Source: Myxococcota bacterium (GTDB lineage: Bacteria; Myxococcota_A; SURF-8; G963663525). From it: a stretch of 64,000 bases of DNA. A model generated the notes under the pieces. That model was not told the DNA's origin, ran no database searches, and was given only the letters and a program-made list of their open reading frames with translations. How positions within the stretch are numbered: position 1 is the first letter of the stretch; each line of letters opens with the position of its first letter. The stretch lies in contig CAXXVK010000062.1 of assembly GCA_963676915.2 (NCBI GenBank), positions 64,001-128,000 on the forward strand. Direction: 5' to 3'. The position numbers were made by a program, and so were the translations under genes. Of the stretch, positions 1 to 9,766 are shown one piece after another.

Positions 1-1
1 C

Positions 2-3000
2 GAAGGGCTTTCTGCCGAATCGAACCGTCCATACGAAGTAGAGGACTTGCTGATTCTCAACGATTTCATTACCGCATCGTACAAGTTTTTGCCGACTTTC
101 CCGGATCACGAGTGCGAACTTCCCATTTGTCTGGTACCCAAGGGAACACCGCGAACCTGCGCCATCAGTTTCGATCCTATCGCCCAAGGAGACATCGAAG
201 ATACTCTGCGCATGTCGGGTTCGGACCATTACCCCACGGGTGAAGCGCTGGAAGACCTTGAAATTACGTTGAAAGGGAAGGGCGTAACACCTTGTCTCGA
301 CGTGACTCCCTCTAATTATTCGCTGGGCGAAGTTTTTTCGAAGCCCGGCGTTCAGGTGGAGTTGCCGGTTACCATCGAAAACTGCGGTACCGTCAACGTG
401 CATATGGTCGATTTCGGATTTCGTAATGAAAGTGCATCGTTCACGTATCTGGATGATGACGGAATCGAAGGCGGTTATCTGGTGCCCGGTCAGACGGCAG
501 AAGTAAAAATCGTTTACATTCCGACCCAGGAAAATCTTCCCCAGGCTCAGACCGGCGCGTTCCGCATCGAGTTTTCTCCGATGATCGACGGTGTAAGCGT
601 CAAGACCGTTTCCGTGTATGCCGTGGCCATCGACACTTGTCCTCCCGCTACAACCGAGGTTAATGGCGAGTGCGTGCCGTATTGTGAAAACGGCCAACCA
701 TACTGCTGTCCGGGTGATGATCCTTTGTATGGCTACTACTGCATTTGCGGTACGGACAACACCTTGGGAGATCCGATCGCGTGCGACGAAGGTATGATAT
801 GCGACGAGGGGCAGTGTGTTACCGGGTGCAATATCAGTACGAAACGCTGCAACCCGGAAGATCCTCTTGAAGCTCAGCGATGCGGGACCGAGCAAACCTG
901 GGAGTCGCTGGAAATCTGCTCTACGAATTACGAACAGTGTTGGGAGCCTTACTGCGAATACGGCGATTGTTTCGAGCGAGCGCAAACGGGAACCTCCTGT
1001 TCGGACGGCGACCCTTGCACGGTCAACGATACCTGCAACAACGGTGTTTGCGAAGGCGAGCCGATGGATTGCGATGACGACGATATTTGTACTTCTGAGC
1101 AATGCCTTGCAGGGAATTGCGTATACGATCCCGCCAACAATGGCGCGACTTGCCGTAGTGACGATCCTTGCAACCAATGGGCTTGCGACCAGGGACAGTG
1201 CAAAATCGTAGGCGAGCCGACCATTTGCGACGATGGAGACCAGTGCACGGTAGGAACCTGCGACGCTGAAAACCCCGATGCGGATGAAAACGGCTGTATT
1301 TTCGAATTCCAAGACAATATGGAATGTGAAGACGGATTGTATTGTACCGTTGGAGAAACCTGCGATCCCGTATCGAAAGATTGTACGGGTGGTACTCAGA
1401 GAGATTGTTCCAACGACAACGTATGTACACGCGGAACCTGCGTAGAAAACCTCCAAGCGTGCCAGCAGATACCGATTTCCGGCATCTGTGACGATGGTGA
1501 TCCCTGCACGCTGGAAGACCGTTGCGACGATGGTCAATGTCGCCAGCGACCCGGTAGCGATCTCCGCGACTGCGACGATGGCAACCAGTGTACCAATGAC
1601 TCCTGTGACGCCTCTCATCCCGATTCGGACGAACTCGGCTGTGTGTATATCACATCCACCATGAACGGCCTGGATTGCAACGCCGACGATGACGATGTTT
1701 GCACGCCGAACGACTATTGCCAGGATGGCCAATGTATCGAAGATGATCCCATTCCCTGCAACGACGGCAACGACTGTACCGTGGATACCTGTGTCAGGGA
1801 TTCGGGTTGCGTATTCTCGGCACGACCGGCGGAACAAGATCAGTCTTGTGACGATGGCAACCCTTGCACGATCGAAGACGAATGCAGCAATAAAGTATGC
1901 CGAGGTGTCGCACGTACCTGTAACGACGACGATCCCTGTACGATGGATACCTGCAATCAAAACCGTTATTGCAGCAACGAAACCCCGGATTCAGAATGTG
2001 CGGCCTGTATTCATACGGAAACTCCGGGCGACCCTTGCGAGTATGACGATCCTTGTGTCGTTTCCGGTGTTTGCATTTCGAACAATGGCGTTTTGGAATG
2101 CCAGCCTGGTGCGGATGTGGTTTGCGAGAGCGACGATAATCCCTGTACCGATGAAATCTGTGTTCCGGTTGGCGACTCACGACGGCCCGAAGGCGGATGT
2201 GTGTCGATTCCCAATCCCAACAATGACTACGACGACGACAACGTTTGTACGGTCAATGATTATTGCGACGAAAACGGTGTAGGACATTCCGGTCCTGCAC
2301 GCGATTGCAGCGATGACGATCCCTGCACCGAAGATCTGTGCGGTATTGCGCAAAATGGTTGCTATCACAACCCGATGCCTTCCAACACCACCTGCGATGA
2401 TGGCTTGATTTGCACAACGAATGACACCTGTCAATCCGGTATTTGTGTGGGTGGACCTGCAAAGACCTGTGAGGATAACAACCCTTGCACACAAAATCTC
2501 TGCGACGAGGATGTTGTGGATGGATGTCATTTCGAACCTTTTGTCTGCGACCCGCACCATCCCGATTTTCCGGCAATTCCTGGATGTACGAGCTGTGTCA
2601 CCGATCTGGATTGTCAGAACAATGCATCAGCTTCCGGTAACATCTGCATTTCGGGACCGAATGGTGGAGCCAAAGCTTGCGTCTACTCTTGTAACGATGG
2701 CAGCGCCTGTACCGAAGACGATTATTGTGCTGAAAGTTCCTGTCAGGATGGTACTGAAATCGATTGCGACGATGGCAGACAATGCAGTGTCGACGGTTGC
2801 AATCCCAGCACCGGATGCACCCATGATTGGCCGAATGATCTGGAGTGCGACGACGGAAACGAGTGCACATACGACGACAAATGCACGAACGGCACTTGCG
2901 GTGGCACCGATGTCGATTGCTCCGATACAAACACCTGTACGCAGAACGAACAATGCAATACGTCTACGGGAGAATGCGAATTCACCATTCCCGTTGGAAT

Positions 3001-4534
3001 GTTCTGTGACGATGGGAATCCTTGCACACAAAGCGATAAGTGCAAAAATGTAGGTGGGGAAGGGGTATGCGAAGGCGCGGTTTCCAGTGTGGATGATGGA
3101 AATATCTGTACCCATGACTATTGCGATTCAAACGATTTAAACGATCCGATCAAGCACGACAATTTCCCGTGCCATCCCGACGATACTACACCGGTAAGCT
3201 CTTGTCTTTGCAACACTTCTGCCGATTGCATGACGAATCTTCCGCAGTTCTGTCCCGATGGAACCTGCCGGTGCGATACGGATTTCGGTATTTGTCTGAT
3301 TGACTGCTCGCCCGACCTTTATAACTGTACGTTGGATGTCTGTTCTCAGGATGATACTCCTGTTTGTGAACATCCGATCAAAGAGAATACCTGCCTGATC
3401 GGCACGGTATGTTACGATGACGAGGAGCAAAAGCCTTCTAACGAATGCCAAAAATGCGATCCGACGAGTACATACTATCAAACCCACTGGAAACCGCGAA
3501 CGGGTACGACGTGCACAGACGACGGAAATGGATGTACCGGAGATGTTTGCGACAGCAGCGGCGACTGCACTCATCCTGCTTATGAAGACTACACGGTAAC
3601 GTGTGATGATGGTCGTCCTTGTACGGGTTCGCCGGACGATGGAAAAAGCGACTGGTGTGTTGGCGGTAACTGTCAGGCAGGCGATGACAAATTCTGTGAG
3701 GATTTCGATCCGTGTACCGAAAATCAGTGTGTCAATGAGATGGGCGGTTGCTACTTCCCGGAACTCGACTGTTCAGGTCAGTGCTATACCGGTAGTTGCG
3801 GCAGTACCTGGGATGGCTGTGAGCCTCGATCCAACGGAACAACCTGCGATGACGGCAATTCCAGCAACTATGATGACCAATGCGTCGATGGAGAATGCGT
3901 AGGATATTCCACATTCCACGATCCCGGTCCGTGTCCTGGTTACCCGGAGATGGTCAAGGTTGTCGGCACCAAAACTTGCATCGATAAATACGAATCCGTT
4001 GCTTACAAACGTTCGGATTGTACAGGCGATATCCTTGGACAAGGCGAAAGCCGTGTCGATGGTGGCTCGGACTGGTTCTTTACACCGGCTGCGTATGCTT
4101 GCCAGTCTCCAGGAGAAAAGCCGTCCGGATGTGGGAAAAAGCACGAAGCGGAGGATGCCTGTAACAATATCGGAAAACGTCTATGCACTCGAACGGAGTG
4201 GACAACGGCTTGCAAAGCTTCAACTAGCAATTCTTACCCATATGGGAATGTATTCAACACGAGCAAATGCAACGAAAGTGTCGATGATTCGTCTTCGGCA
4301 AAAATTACTGGATACCAGAAGACCGATTGCGTGAACGACTGGGGTGTGATGCATATGTCCGGGAACGTCGAGGAATGGACCAGCACCAGGCTTAGTGGCG
4401 AAAGCATGTACTACATCATGGGAGGGCGTTACAACGACACCAGCAGCACAAGTCTACAATGCGACAGCTACCGTGTGGCGGAAAACGACGATTACCAGGT
4501 CTACCGAGGATTCCGTTGTTGTGTGCAACCTTGA
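2..4534 (+). CDS. Giant Cys-rich repeat surface protein (5'-truncated by window): Ig-like domain(s), many CDDGNPCTxDxC (Dictyostelium CTDC-like) repeats, C-terminal FGE-sulfatase/SUMF1-like domain
   Basis: Frame is open from base 2. Repeated CDDGxxCTxDxC motifs. C-terminus has IDKYE, KRLCTRTEW, YPYGN, HMSGNVEEW and YRGFRCC motifs typical of FGE-like domains. Confidence 0.85.
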   Translation, partial: EGLSAESNRPYEVEDLLILNDFITASYKFLPTFPDHECELPICLVPKGTPRTCAISFDPIAQGDIEDTLRMSGSDHYPTGEALEDLEITLKGKGVTPCLDVTPSNYSLGEVFSKPGVQVELPVTIENCGTVNVHMVDFGFRNESASFTYLDDDGIEGGYLVPGQTAEVKIVYIPTQENLPQAQTGAFRIEFSPMIDGVSVKTVSVYAVAIDTCPPATTEVNGECVPYCENGQPYCCPGDDPLYGYYCICGTDNTLGDPIACDEGMICDEGQCVTGCNISTKRCNPEDPLEAQRCGTEQTWESLEICSTNYEQCWEPYCEYGDCFERAQTGTSCSDGDPCTVNDTCNNGVCEGEPMDCDDDDICTSEQCLAGNCVYDPANNGATCRSDDPCNQWACDQGQCKIVGEPTICDDGDQCTVGTCDAENPDADENGCIFEFQDNMECEDGLYCTVGETCDPVSKDCTGGTQRDCSNDNVCTRGTCVENLQACQQIPISGICDDGDPCTLEDRCDDGQCRQRPGSDLRDCDDGNQCTNDSCDASHPDSDELGCVYITSTMNGLDCNADDDDVCTPNDYCQDGQCIEDDPIPCNDGNDCTVDTCVRDSGCVFSARPAEQDQSCDDGNPCTIEDECSNKVCRGVARTCNDDDPCTMDTCNQNRYCSNETPDSECAACIHTETPGDPCEYDDPCVVSGVCISNNGVLECQPGADVVCESDDNPCTDEICVPVGDSRRPEGGCVSIPNPNNDYDDDNVCTVNDYCDENGVGHSGPARDCSDDDPCTEDLCGIAQNGCYHNPMPSNTTCDDGLICTTNDTCQSGICVGGPAKTCEDNNPCTQNLCDEDVVDGCHFEPFVCDPHHPDFPAIPGCTSCVTDLDCQNNASASGNICISGPNGGAKACVYSCNDGSACTEDDYCAESSCQDGTEIDCDDGRQCSVDGCNPSTGCTHDWPNDLECDDGNECTYDDKCTNGTCGGTDVDCSDTNTCTQNEQCNTSTGECEFTIPVGMFCDDGNPCTQSDKCKNVGGEGVCEGAVSSVDDGNICTHDYCDSNDLNDPIKHDNFPCHPDDTTPVSSCLCNTSADCMTNLPQFCPDGTCRCDTDFGICLIDCSPDLYNCTLDVCSQDDTPVCEHPIKENTCLIGTVCYDDEEQKPSNECQKCDPTSTYYQTHWKPRTGTTCTDDGNGCTGDVCDSSGDCTHPAYEDYTVTCDDGRPCTGSPDDGKSDWCVGGNCQAGDDKFCEDFDPCTENQCVNEMGGCYFPELDCSGQCYTGSCGSTWDGCEPRSNGTTCDDGNSSNYDDQCVDGECVGYSTFHDPGPCPGYPEMVKVVGTKTCIDKYESVAYKRSDCTGDILGQGESRVDGGSDWFFTPAAYACQSPGEKPSGCGKKHEAEDACNNIGKRLCTRTEWTTACKASTSNSYPYGNVFNTSKCNESVDDSSSAKITGYQKTDCVNDWGVMHMSGNVEEWTSTRLSGESMYYIMGGRYNDTSSTSLQCDSYRVAENDDYQVYRGFRCCVQP

Positions 4535-4661
4535 CAGGTACTGGAATGAAAAGTAGAAAGTGCCTGAAAATACAGAAGAAAAGAGAAACTGCAAGTGGTA
4601 GAGAAGAATAGTTAAAGTTTCCGATAAGCAATATTATGTAAAGTAAGAAGTATTTATCTAC

Positions 4662-4690
4662 AACGCCCAGTTCTTTGGGCGTTTTTTTAT
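4662..4690 (+). terminator. Rho-independent terminator
   Basis: AACGCCCA-gttctt-TGGGCGTT hairpin followed by a T-run, between convergent genes. Confidence 0.75.
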
Positions 4691-4700
4691 TTTTGAAAAA

Positions 4701-4976
4701 TCAGTTTTCCGGTTCGAGCATTACCAGGTCTTCGGCGACGAGGATGTCGCTGACCTGCTTCGATTCCAGGTTGATACGTTCGAGTGCTTTTCGCAACTCT
4801 TCGCATTTGTCGTTATCGCCCTGCCTGCAATCGGTGATAAACGTAGTGGCCAAGGTGGTTTCGTTCATGATTTTCCGATTGCAATCGAGAAATTTCGAAC
4901 GATACTTGTTGCAACATCCGATCAGACTAAACGACACGAGCGTTATGGTGAAAATCAATGTGGCGCGCTTCCACAT
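4701..4976 (-). CDS. Small hypothetical lipoprotein
   Basis: ATG at 4976 with AGGAGGGA RBS; signal peptide ending in lipobox LIG-C. Confidence 0.7.
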   Translation of the reverse strand: MWKRATLIFTITLVSFSLIGCCNKYRSKFLDCNRKIMNETTLATTFITDCRQGDNDKCEELRKALERINLESKQVSDILVAEDLVMLEPEN

Positions 4977-5117
4977 ATTTTCCCTCCTGAGAACTTCATT
5001 TTTCAATAATTGGAACCTTGCGTTCTTCTCTTTTACACGATTTAACCAAAAGCGCAAGTTTCGACCAAAGCAATTCCAGCGTTGCGTTGAAAGAAAATCG
5101 CATGATCCAATGAATTA

Positions 5118-6218
5118 TCATCGATTTTTCAGCTTATAAAAAAGCTTCTCGTAGTGGTCTGCAATGGTTTCCCAACGATAGATTTTCTCGATTCGTTTGT
5201 GGGCTTTCTCAGAAAATCCCCATCGTTGGTCTGGATTTTTTTCCAATTTCAATAAAATTTCCGAAAGATTTCCGACATGATTTCTTCGGTAATATTGAAT
5301 TGAATTACCGCCAACCTCTCTGTGCTCCTCGACATCGTTGGCAACGACCATCGGTGCCCAGGCCATACCTTCCAACAAGGCCGGATGCGTACCGCCAACT
5401 TCTCCAGCTTGAATGTAAGCGAAGCAATTCGATTTTAACAAATGATAGTTTTCGCCGTAAATACTACCTAAAAACAATACGTTATCAGTACTTCTCTTTT
5501 TAAGCTTGTCTATATAAGCACTTGCATAAGGAGCGTCGCCAACAACAACCAACGGACGTTTGCATCCTGAATTTCTGTGGGCTTGAAGAACAACGTGGGC
5601 CATGTTTTCCGGCTCAAGTCGTGCCGTGTAAAGAAAATATCCATCCCGAGATAAGCCGTATTTCTCCAACAGATTCGACTCATTCAGCAGAGGCGAAAGC
5701 GGCTCGACACCGTAGGCGATGATCTCGGTCTTTTTTCCGTAGGTTTCCAAGTAATAGCGATGAATGACCTCCGCATCACTGACCACGGCATCCGCCACGC
5801 TCATCGTGAGTTTTTCGCAGTTTTTCAGGTAGAATCGAGCGATTTTTCCCCACTTCAGTCGCTCGCGCTCGATACCATCCACGTTCAATACTACTTTAAC
5901 GCCCTTCCGTTTCAGCCAAAGAAGCAACGGAGCGTTGGCGATATTGCAGACAAGAGCCACATCGAAAGGTTTGTTTGCGGCATCTCGAACGGCAAGAAAA
6001 CTGCTGCTGACCGTCTCGCCATGCTTGAAACGTAGCGAATCGGTCAGGATACTATGAACACCCTCGGGTAAATCTTCATCTCCGACCGTATGTTTTCGTC
6101 CATAGACCGTAACCTTATGTCCTCGTTTGGCAAGATGCTGTGACAAATGCCAGGCAAACGTTTCAAATCCACCGTAACGAGGTGGAATTCCACGGGTTCC
6201 GATAATCGCTAGTTTCAC
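5118..6218 (-). CDS. GT4 family glycosyltransferase (DUF1972-type)
   Basis: IIGTRGIPPRYGGFETF N-terminus, RLEPEN, and GGTHPALLEGM motifs. Confidence 0.9.
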   Translation of the reverse strand: MKLAIIGTRGIPPRYGGFETFAWHLSQHLAKRGHKVTVYGRKHTVGDEDLPEGVHSILTDSLRFKHGETVSSSFLAVRDAANKPFDVALVCNIANAPLLLWLKRKGVKVVLNVDGIERERLKWGKIARFYLKNCEKLTMSVADAVVSDAEVIHRYYLETYGKKTEIIAYGVEPLSPLLNESNLLEKYGLSRDGYFLYTARLEPENMAHVVLQAHRNSGCKRPLVVVGDAPYASAYIDKLKKRSTDNVLFLGSIYGENYHLLKSNCFAYIQAGEVGGTHPALLEGMAWAPMVVANDVEEHREVGGNSIQYYRRNHVGNLSEILLKLEKNPDQRWGFSEKAHKRIEKIYRWETIADHYEKLFYKLKNR

Positions 6219-7222
6219 GCGTCGATCTCCTCAACATAACCTTTGGCACACCGGAACCACTTTGCACAATCAACGTCTTTCTTGACAATTTTATCCATTT
6301 CCGCCCTTCTACGCATGGATTCACCCGCCATTCGAAACAATTCCCCAAACGCCGGAAAACTGGACCGCTCGACCGTGCAACACGCGAAAAATACAAGAAA
6401 ATCTCTAAAAACGCCCCTAAAACCCGTTTGTAGAAAGGTTTGTATATTTCCGTTGTTCCATCGCATCAAAAAGCGATTCCGAACGCTGTGCCGATTGAGA
6501 ACTTCCGGCAATGACCATCTTCTATCGGGCGTTACCTTTCGTCTATGCCAACCGATGGCGTCGGGGATATACAAGCATTCGTAACCCGCCAGACGCAATC
6601 GCCAGGATAAATCCGCATCCTCGCGATAAGCAAAGAACCGTTCGTCGAAAATAGACCCTCTCACCCGGACTCGTTCCAAAACATTTCTTCGATACAAAGC
6701 AGCGGCGCCGGTCGCGCCGAAAACGCGAGCAGGACGGTCGAACTGTCCGCAGTCCTCAATCTGCGAGCCACGATCGAGGTGGCGATATTCCGGAGTCATG
6801 ATCATCCCGGCGCTATCCAGAATGTTTCGTTGTCCTTCGGGAAATCGATAAAGTTTTCCGCAACCGAAATCCCCGTTGAAACGTTCCAGACCCTCGATAA
6901 GACGACAAAGAAAGTCGTTTTGCAGACGAAGATCCGGGTTGGCTAGAAACACCCATGGTGCGCTTCCTGCGTCAATTCCCTGATTGGCAGCACGAGCGAA
7001 TCCGAGGTTTTCCGTGTTGTGAATCAACGTCGTTTCGGGGTGACGTTCGATCACAGCCTCTGGGCCATGATCGTCGGAAGCATTATCCACGAGAAATAAC
7101 CGCCACCGGACGTTTTTCTGTTGTTTCAGCGAATCCAGCAAACCAATTAGATCCTGCCGGTGATTCCAGGAAACAACGATGATGTCCACATCCTGTGGAA
7201 CGATCTTCTTCAGTTTTTTCAT
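6215..7222 (-). CDS. GT2 family glycosyltransferase
   Basis: IIVVSWN, VDNASDD, NLGFARAANQG, NPD, and FFAYREDADL motifs. Confidence 0.9.
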   Translation of the reverse strand: MKKLKKIVPQDVDIIVVSWNHRQDLIGLLDSLKQQKNVRWRLFLVDNASDDHGPEAVIERHPETTLIHNTENLGFARAANQGIDAGSAPWVFLANPDLRLQNDFLCRLIEGLERFNGDFGCGKLYRFPEGQRNILDSAGMIMTPEYRHLDRGSQIEDCGQFDRPARVFGATGAAALYRRNVLERVRVRGSIFDERFFAYREDADLSWRLRLAGYECLYIPDAIGWHRRKVTPDRRWSLPEVLNRHSVRNRFLMRWNNGNIQTFLQTGFRGVFRDFLVFFACCTVERSSFPAFGELFRMAGESMRRRAEMDKIVKKDVDCAKWFRCAKGYVEEIDA

Positions 7223-8607
7223 GGCGTTGCGCGGTCATCCGTACCGATAACGATACGCAACAGAATCAATGAACCAACCACGAAAAACGGAAAAATCGAT
7301 GTTGCCAGCAAACCCGATTGCATGTTGGTGCCCAGATGAACCAGCAGGTACAGGTATCCCATCGTCCAATATGGACACCCGCTGTTTCGCTGACATCGGT
7401 AAAGCAACGACAACAGCGCGGCAATCATGGCGGGAACCAACACGAAGCCCAAAGCACCGAAATTTACCCAGGCTTCTCCAAGAACTCCGGGAACGAATCC
7501 ACCGCCTTTGAACTGCATTCCCAACGCCGATTTTAGCTGCATCGCCAGCGCAAATTGTTTTCCAGGAAGGATCGTTCGTAGCGGATCGATATAGCTTGCC
7601 CCATAACGATAGTTATACATTTCCGGAACGATATCATACACTTGCTGATAATTTTTTGCCGTGGTCAACAGGTAGTCGACAGGCAGTTTCAAGCCTAGCA
7701 AAAATTCGCTTCCATCTTCCGTATACGATTCGATTTCCGGGTAATGCCGCAAGGTTTCGTCCGACAACAACCGGTAGGCTCCAAGCATTCCGAACGCAAT
7801 CCACGCCGCTACAGCCAGAGCAATCACGACCGGCAAACGCCGCACAAAAGAGGCATTCATACCTCTTTTCTTGTTCCATACGAGACTCATCAAGGCTGGT
7901 ACGGCGAAAAAATGAACCACAGGGGCACGATTCGCCAAAGCGATCAGCATGCAAGCGACCCAAAGCATACCGAAGATTCGCGAAAAACGTCCGATTCTTT
8001 GCCCGGTAAGGCCATCGTACCAGACAAACCAGCCCCAGATGACAAGCGAATACACCGCCAGTCGCAGCCCCCCTCCCCCTTTGTCAGCCATCGCTACGCG
8101 ACTGCCTTCGATAGCTTTCGAGAAAAGCGGGACACCTCCCATTTTGTAAAGATACATTCCCCAGGCTACGGTTCCGGCAATGATCCACAGCGTCATGACG
8201 ATACGAAAACGTCGTTCGGGAAATGCCTTCAACGGCTTGTTTTCACATGATTTATTACGTTTTTCGAACCATGCGAACGTTCCCCAGGCAACCACCAGTG
8301 CAAACAAAATCCCCAGCCAGGGATTCAGGGAGCGTTCCGGGTCATGTGCGAGCAATGCGTCGAAAGCGAAACCGTACACACCGACGAACGCCACTCCTGG
8401 AACAAGCCAAGGTTCGAGCCATGCAACAGGTTGATTTCGCTTTATAATCTTGGAAACCATTCCCACGATCAAACCGGCAAACACCAGACCATGCAGCAAA
8501 ATCGGTCCGATGTCTCTTGTCCACGCTCCATTGGTCGCAAAAACGGCCAACAGGCCGAAAATCGCCCCTACGAAGAGATAGGAAATACCGGTGCGCAAAT
8601 GGGTCAT
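7219..8607 (-). CDS. Wzy-like O-antigen/oligosaccharide repeat-unit polymerase
   Basis: About 10-11 hydrophobic helices, periplasmic loop with YRYGASY and GEAWVNFG motif. Likely start MTHLRTG at 8607, just after the upstream stop. Confidence 0.75.
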   Translation of the reverse strand: MTHLRTGISYLFVGAIFGLLAVFATNGAWTRDIGPILLHGLVFAGLIVGMVSKIIKRNQPVAWLEPWLVPGVAFVGVYGFAFDALLAHDPERSLNPWLGILFALVVAWGTFAWFEKRNKSCENKPLKAFPERRFRIVMTLWIIAGTVAWGMYLYKMGGVPLFSKAIEGSRVAMADKGGGGLRLAVYSLVIWGWFVWYDGLTGQRIGRFSRIFGMLWVACMLIALANRAPVVHFFAVPALMSLVWNKKRGMNASFVRRLPVVIALAVAAWIAFGMLGAYRLLSDETLRHYPEIESYTEDGSEFLLGLKLPVDYLLTTAKNYQQVYDIVPEMYNYRYGASYIDPLRTILPGKQFALAMQLKSALGMQFKGGGFVPGVLGEAWVNFGALGFVLVPAMIAALLSLLYRCQRNSGCPYWTMGYLYLLVHLGTNMQSGLLATSIFPFFVVGSLILLRIVIGTDDRATP

Positions 8608-8611
8608 AAGA

Positions 8612-9766
8612 TTATTCTTCCAACCAACGCTTGATGTGACGGTATCGTTCGTTCCAATCATTTTGGGCTGACCATTGTCGACGGTCCGCTTTTCTATCAT
8701 CGGATGGCTTTTCGGATAGCGCGTTTTCGAGTTTCGTGCAATAGTCGGCTCGATTCTGCACAAGATACAACCGTTCAGCCGCACGATCCGCCGGTGGAAT
8801 CGGTGGACAGATCACCGGCAACCCAGCCCCGAGGTATTCGTAGAGCTTGATCATGTCTTGAGACAATGTATAAGGCGTGACCGGATGCGGAATCAACGCC
8901 GCGTCCACGTCGGCGAGCTTCGCCCTCAACGTGCTTACATGGACCTTACCGTGAAAATTAAAATTGCGGTGACTTTTGAGTGTCTTGAAAAGTTTTGGGC
9001 TATCAAGACTTCCGTAACAATCGAAAATTACACGAGGAAATGAATTCATCATTTCTTCCAGTGCATCGAGATCCAACCGTTCGGGATGGTAATATCCCGC
9101 CAGCAAAACACGCGCTGAACCGGTTTTTGCCTTGTACCTTTGCATCGGTGTCGGAATGGGACCGTGACCGGCGTTTGGAACATAGTGAAGATCCGTATGA
9201 CCGGGATATTTTTTCGCCAATATCGGATTGGTTACGAATACGGTATCCATTCGCGCCGCCGCTTCATATCCCTGTTGAATGCGTTTGAATCTCTTTTGCA
9301 TCAACGGCGATAGCAACCAGTCGTCGTTCGTATCGAACATTCGCTTTTTTGCCGGGAATTTCTCGGCAAACAGAGCTTCTTTGGGAGTGAACACCAACAA
9401 GCGCCCTCCCCACCCGAATTCGGGACATTCGCTCGCGATTCTTTGCAGCAAGCGGTTATCCAGCGCATACGGATAACAATGCTCCAATAAATACCTTCGT
9501 CTTGCGGCATGACCTTCGTGGCGCTCGATTTTCGTAAAAACTCCCCACGGACCGGAATGAAGAATTTTGCGTGAAAATCCGGGAGGTTGAAGCTTAACCC
9601 CCTGGTAAATCCACTTAGGATGTACCCGTGAAACGCTCAACAGGGACGAAATCGACGGATCGAGGATCAACCGATCCAGCAATGCCGCGCTTCGGTTGGT
9701 CGCTCCGTTGATCAACCGATGCGCATGGACATGGGCGGCAAGCACCGTCACAGGTCGCCGGATCAT
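8612..9766 (-). CDS. Glycosyltransferase (GT-B, TuaH-like)
   Basis: FDTNDDW, YVPNA, and IKLYEYLGAGLPVI motifs. Confidence 0.8.
   Translation of the reverse strand: MIRRPVTVLAAHVHAHRLINGATNRSAALLDRLILDPSISSLLSVSRVHPKWIYQGVKLQPPGFSRKILHSGPWGVFTKIERHEGHAARRRYLLEHCYPYALDNRLLQRIASECPEFGWGGRLLVFTPKEALFAEKFPAKKRMFDTNDDWLLSPLMQKRFKRIQQGYEAAARMDTVFVTNPILAKKYPGHTDLHYVPNAGHGPIPTPMQRYKAKTGSARVLLAGYYHPERLDLDALEEMMNSFPRVIFDCYGSLDSPKLFKTLKSHRNFNFHGKVHVSTLRAKLADVDAALIPHPVTPYTLSQDMIKLYEYLGAGLPVICPPIPPADRAAERLYLVQNRADYCTKLENALSEKPSDDRKADRRQWSAQNDWNERYRHIKRWLEE

Noticed and set aside
4200-4700. Diversity-generating retroelement targeting the FGE domain
   Set aside because: No template repeat or reverse transcriptase is visible in the window; one elsewhere in the genome cannot be excluded.
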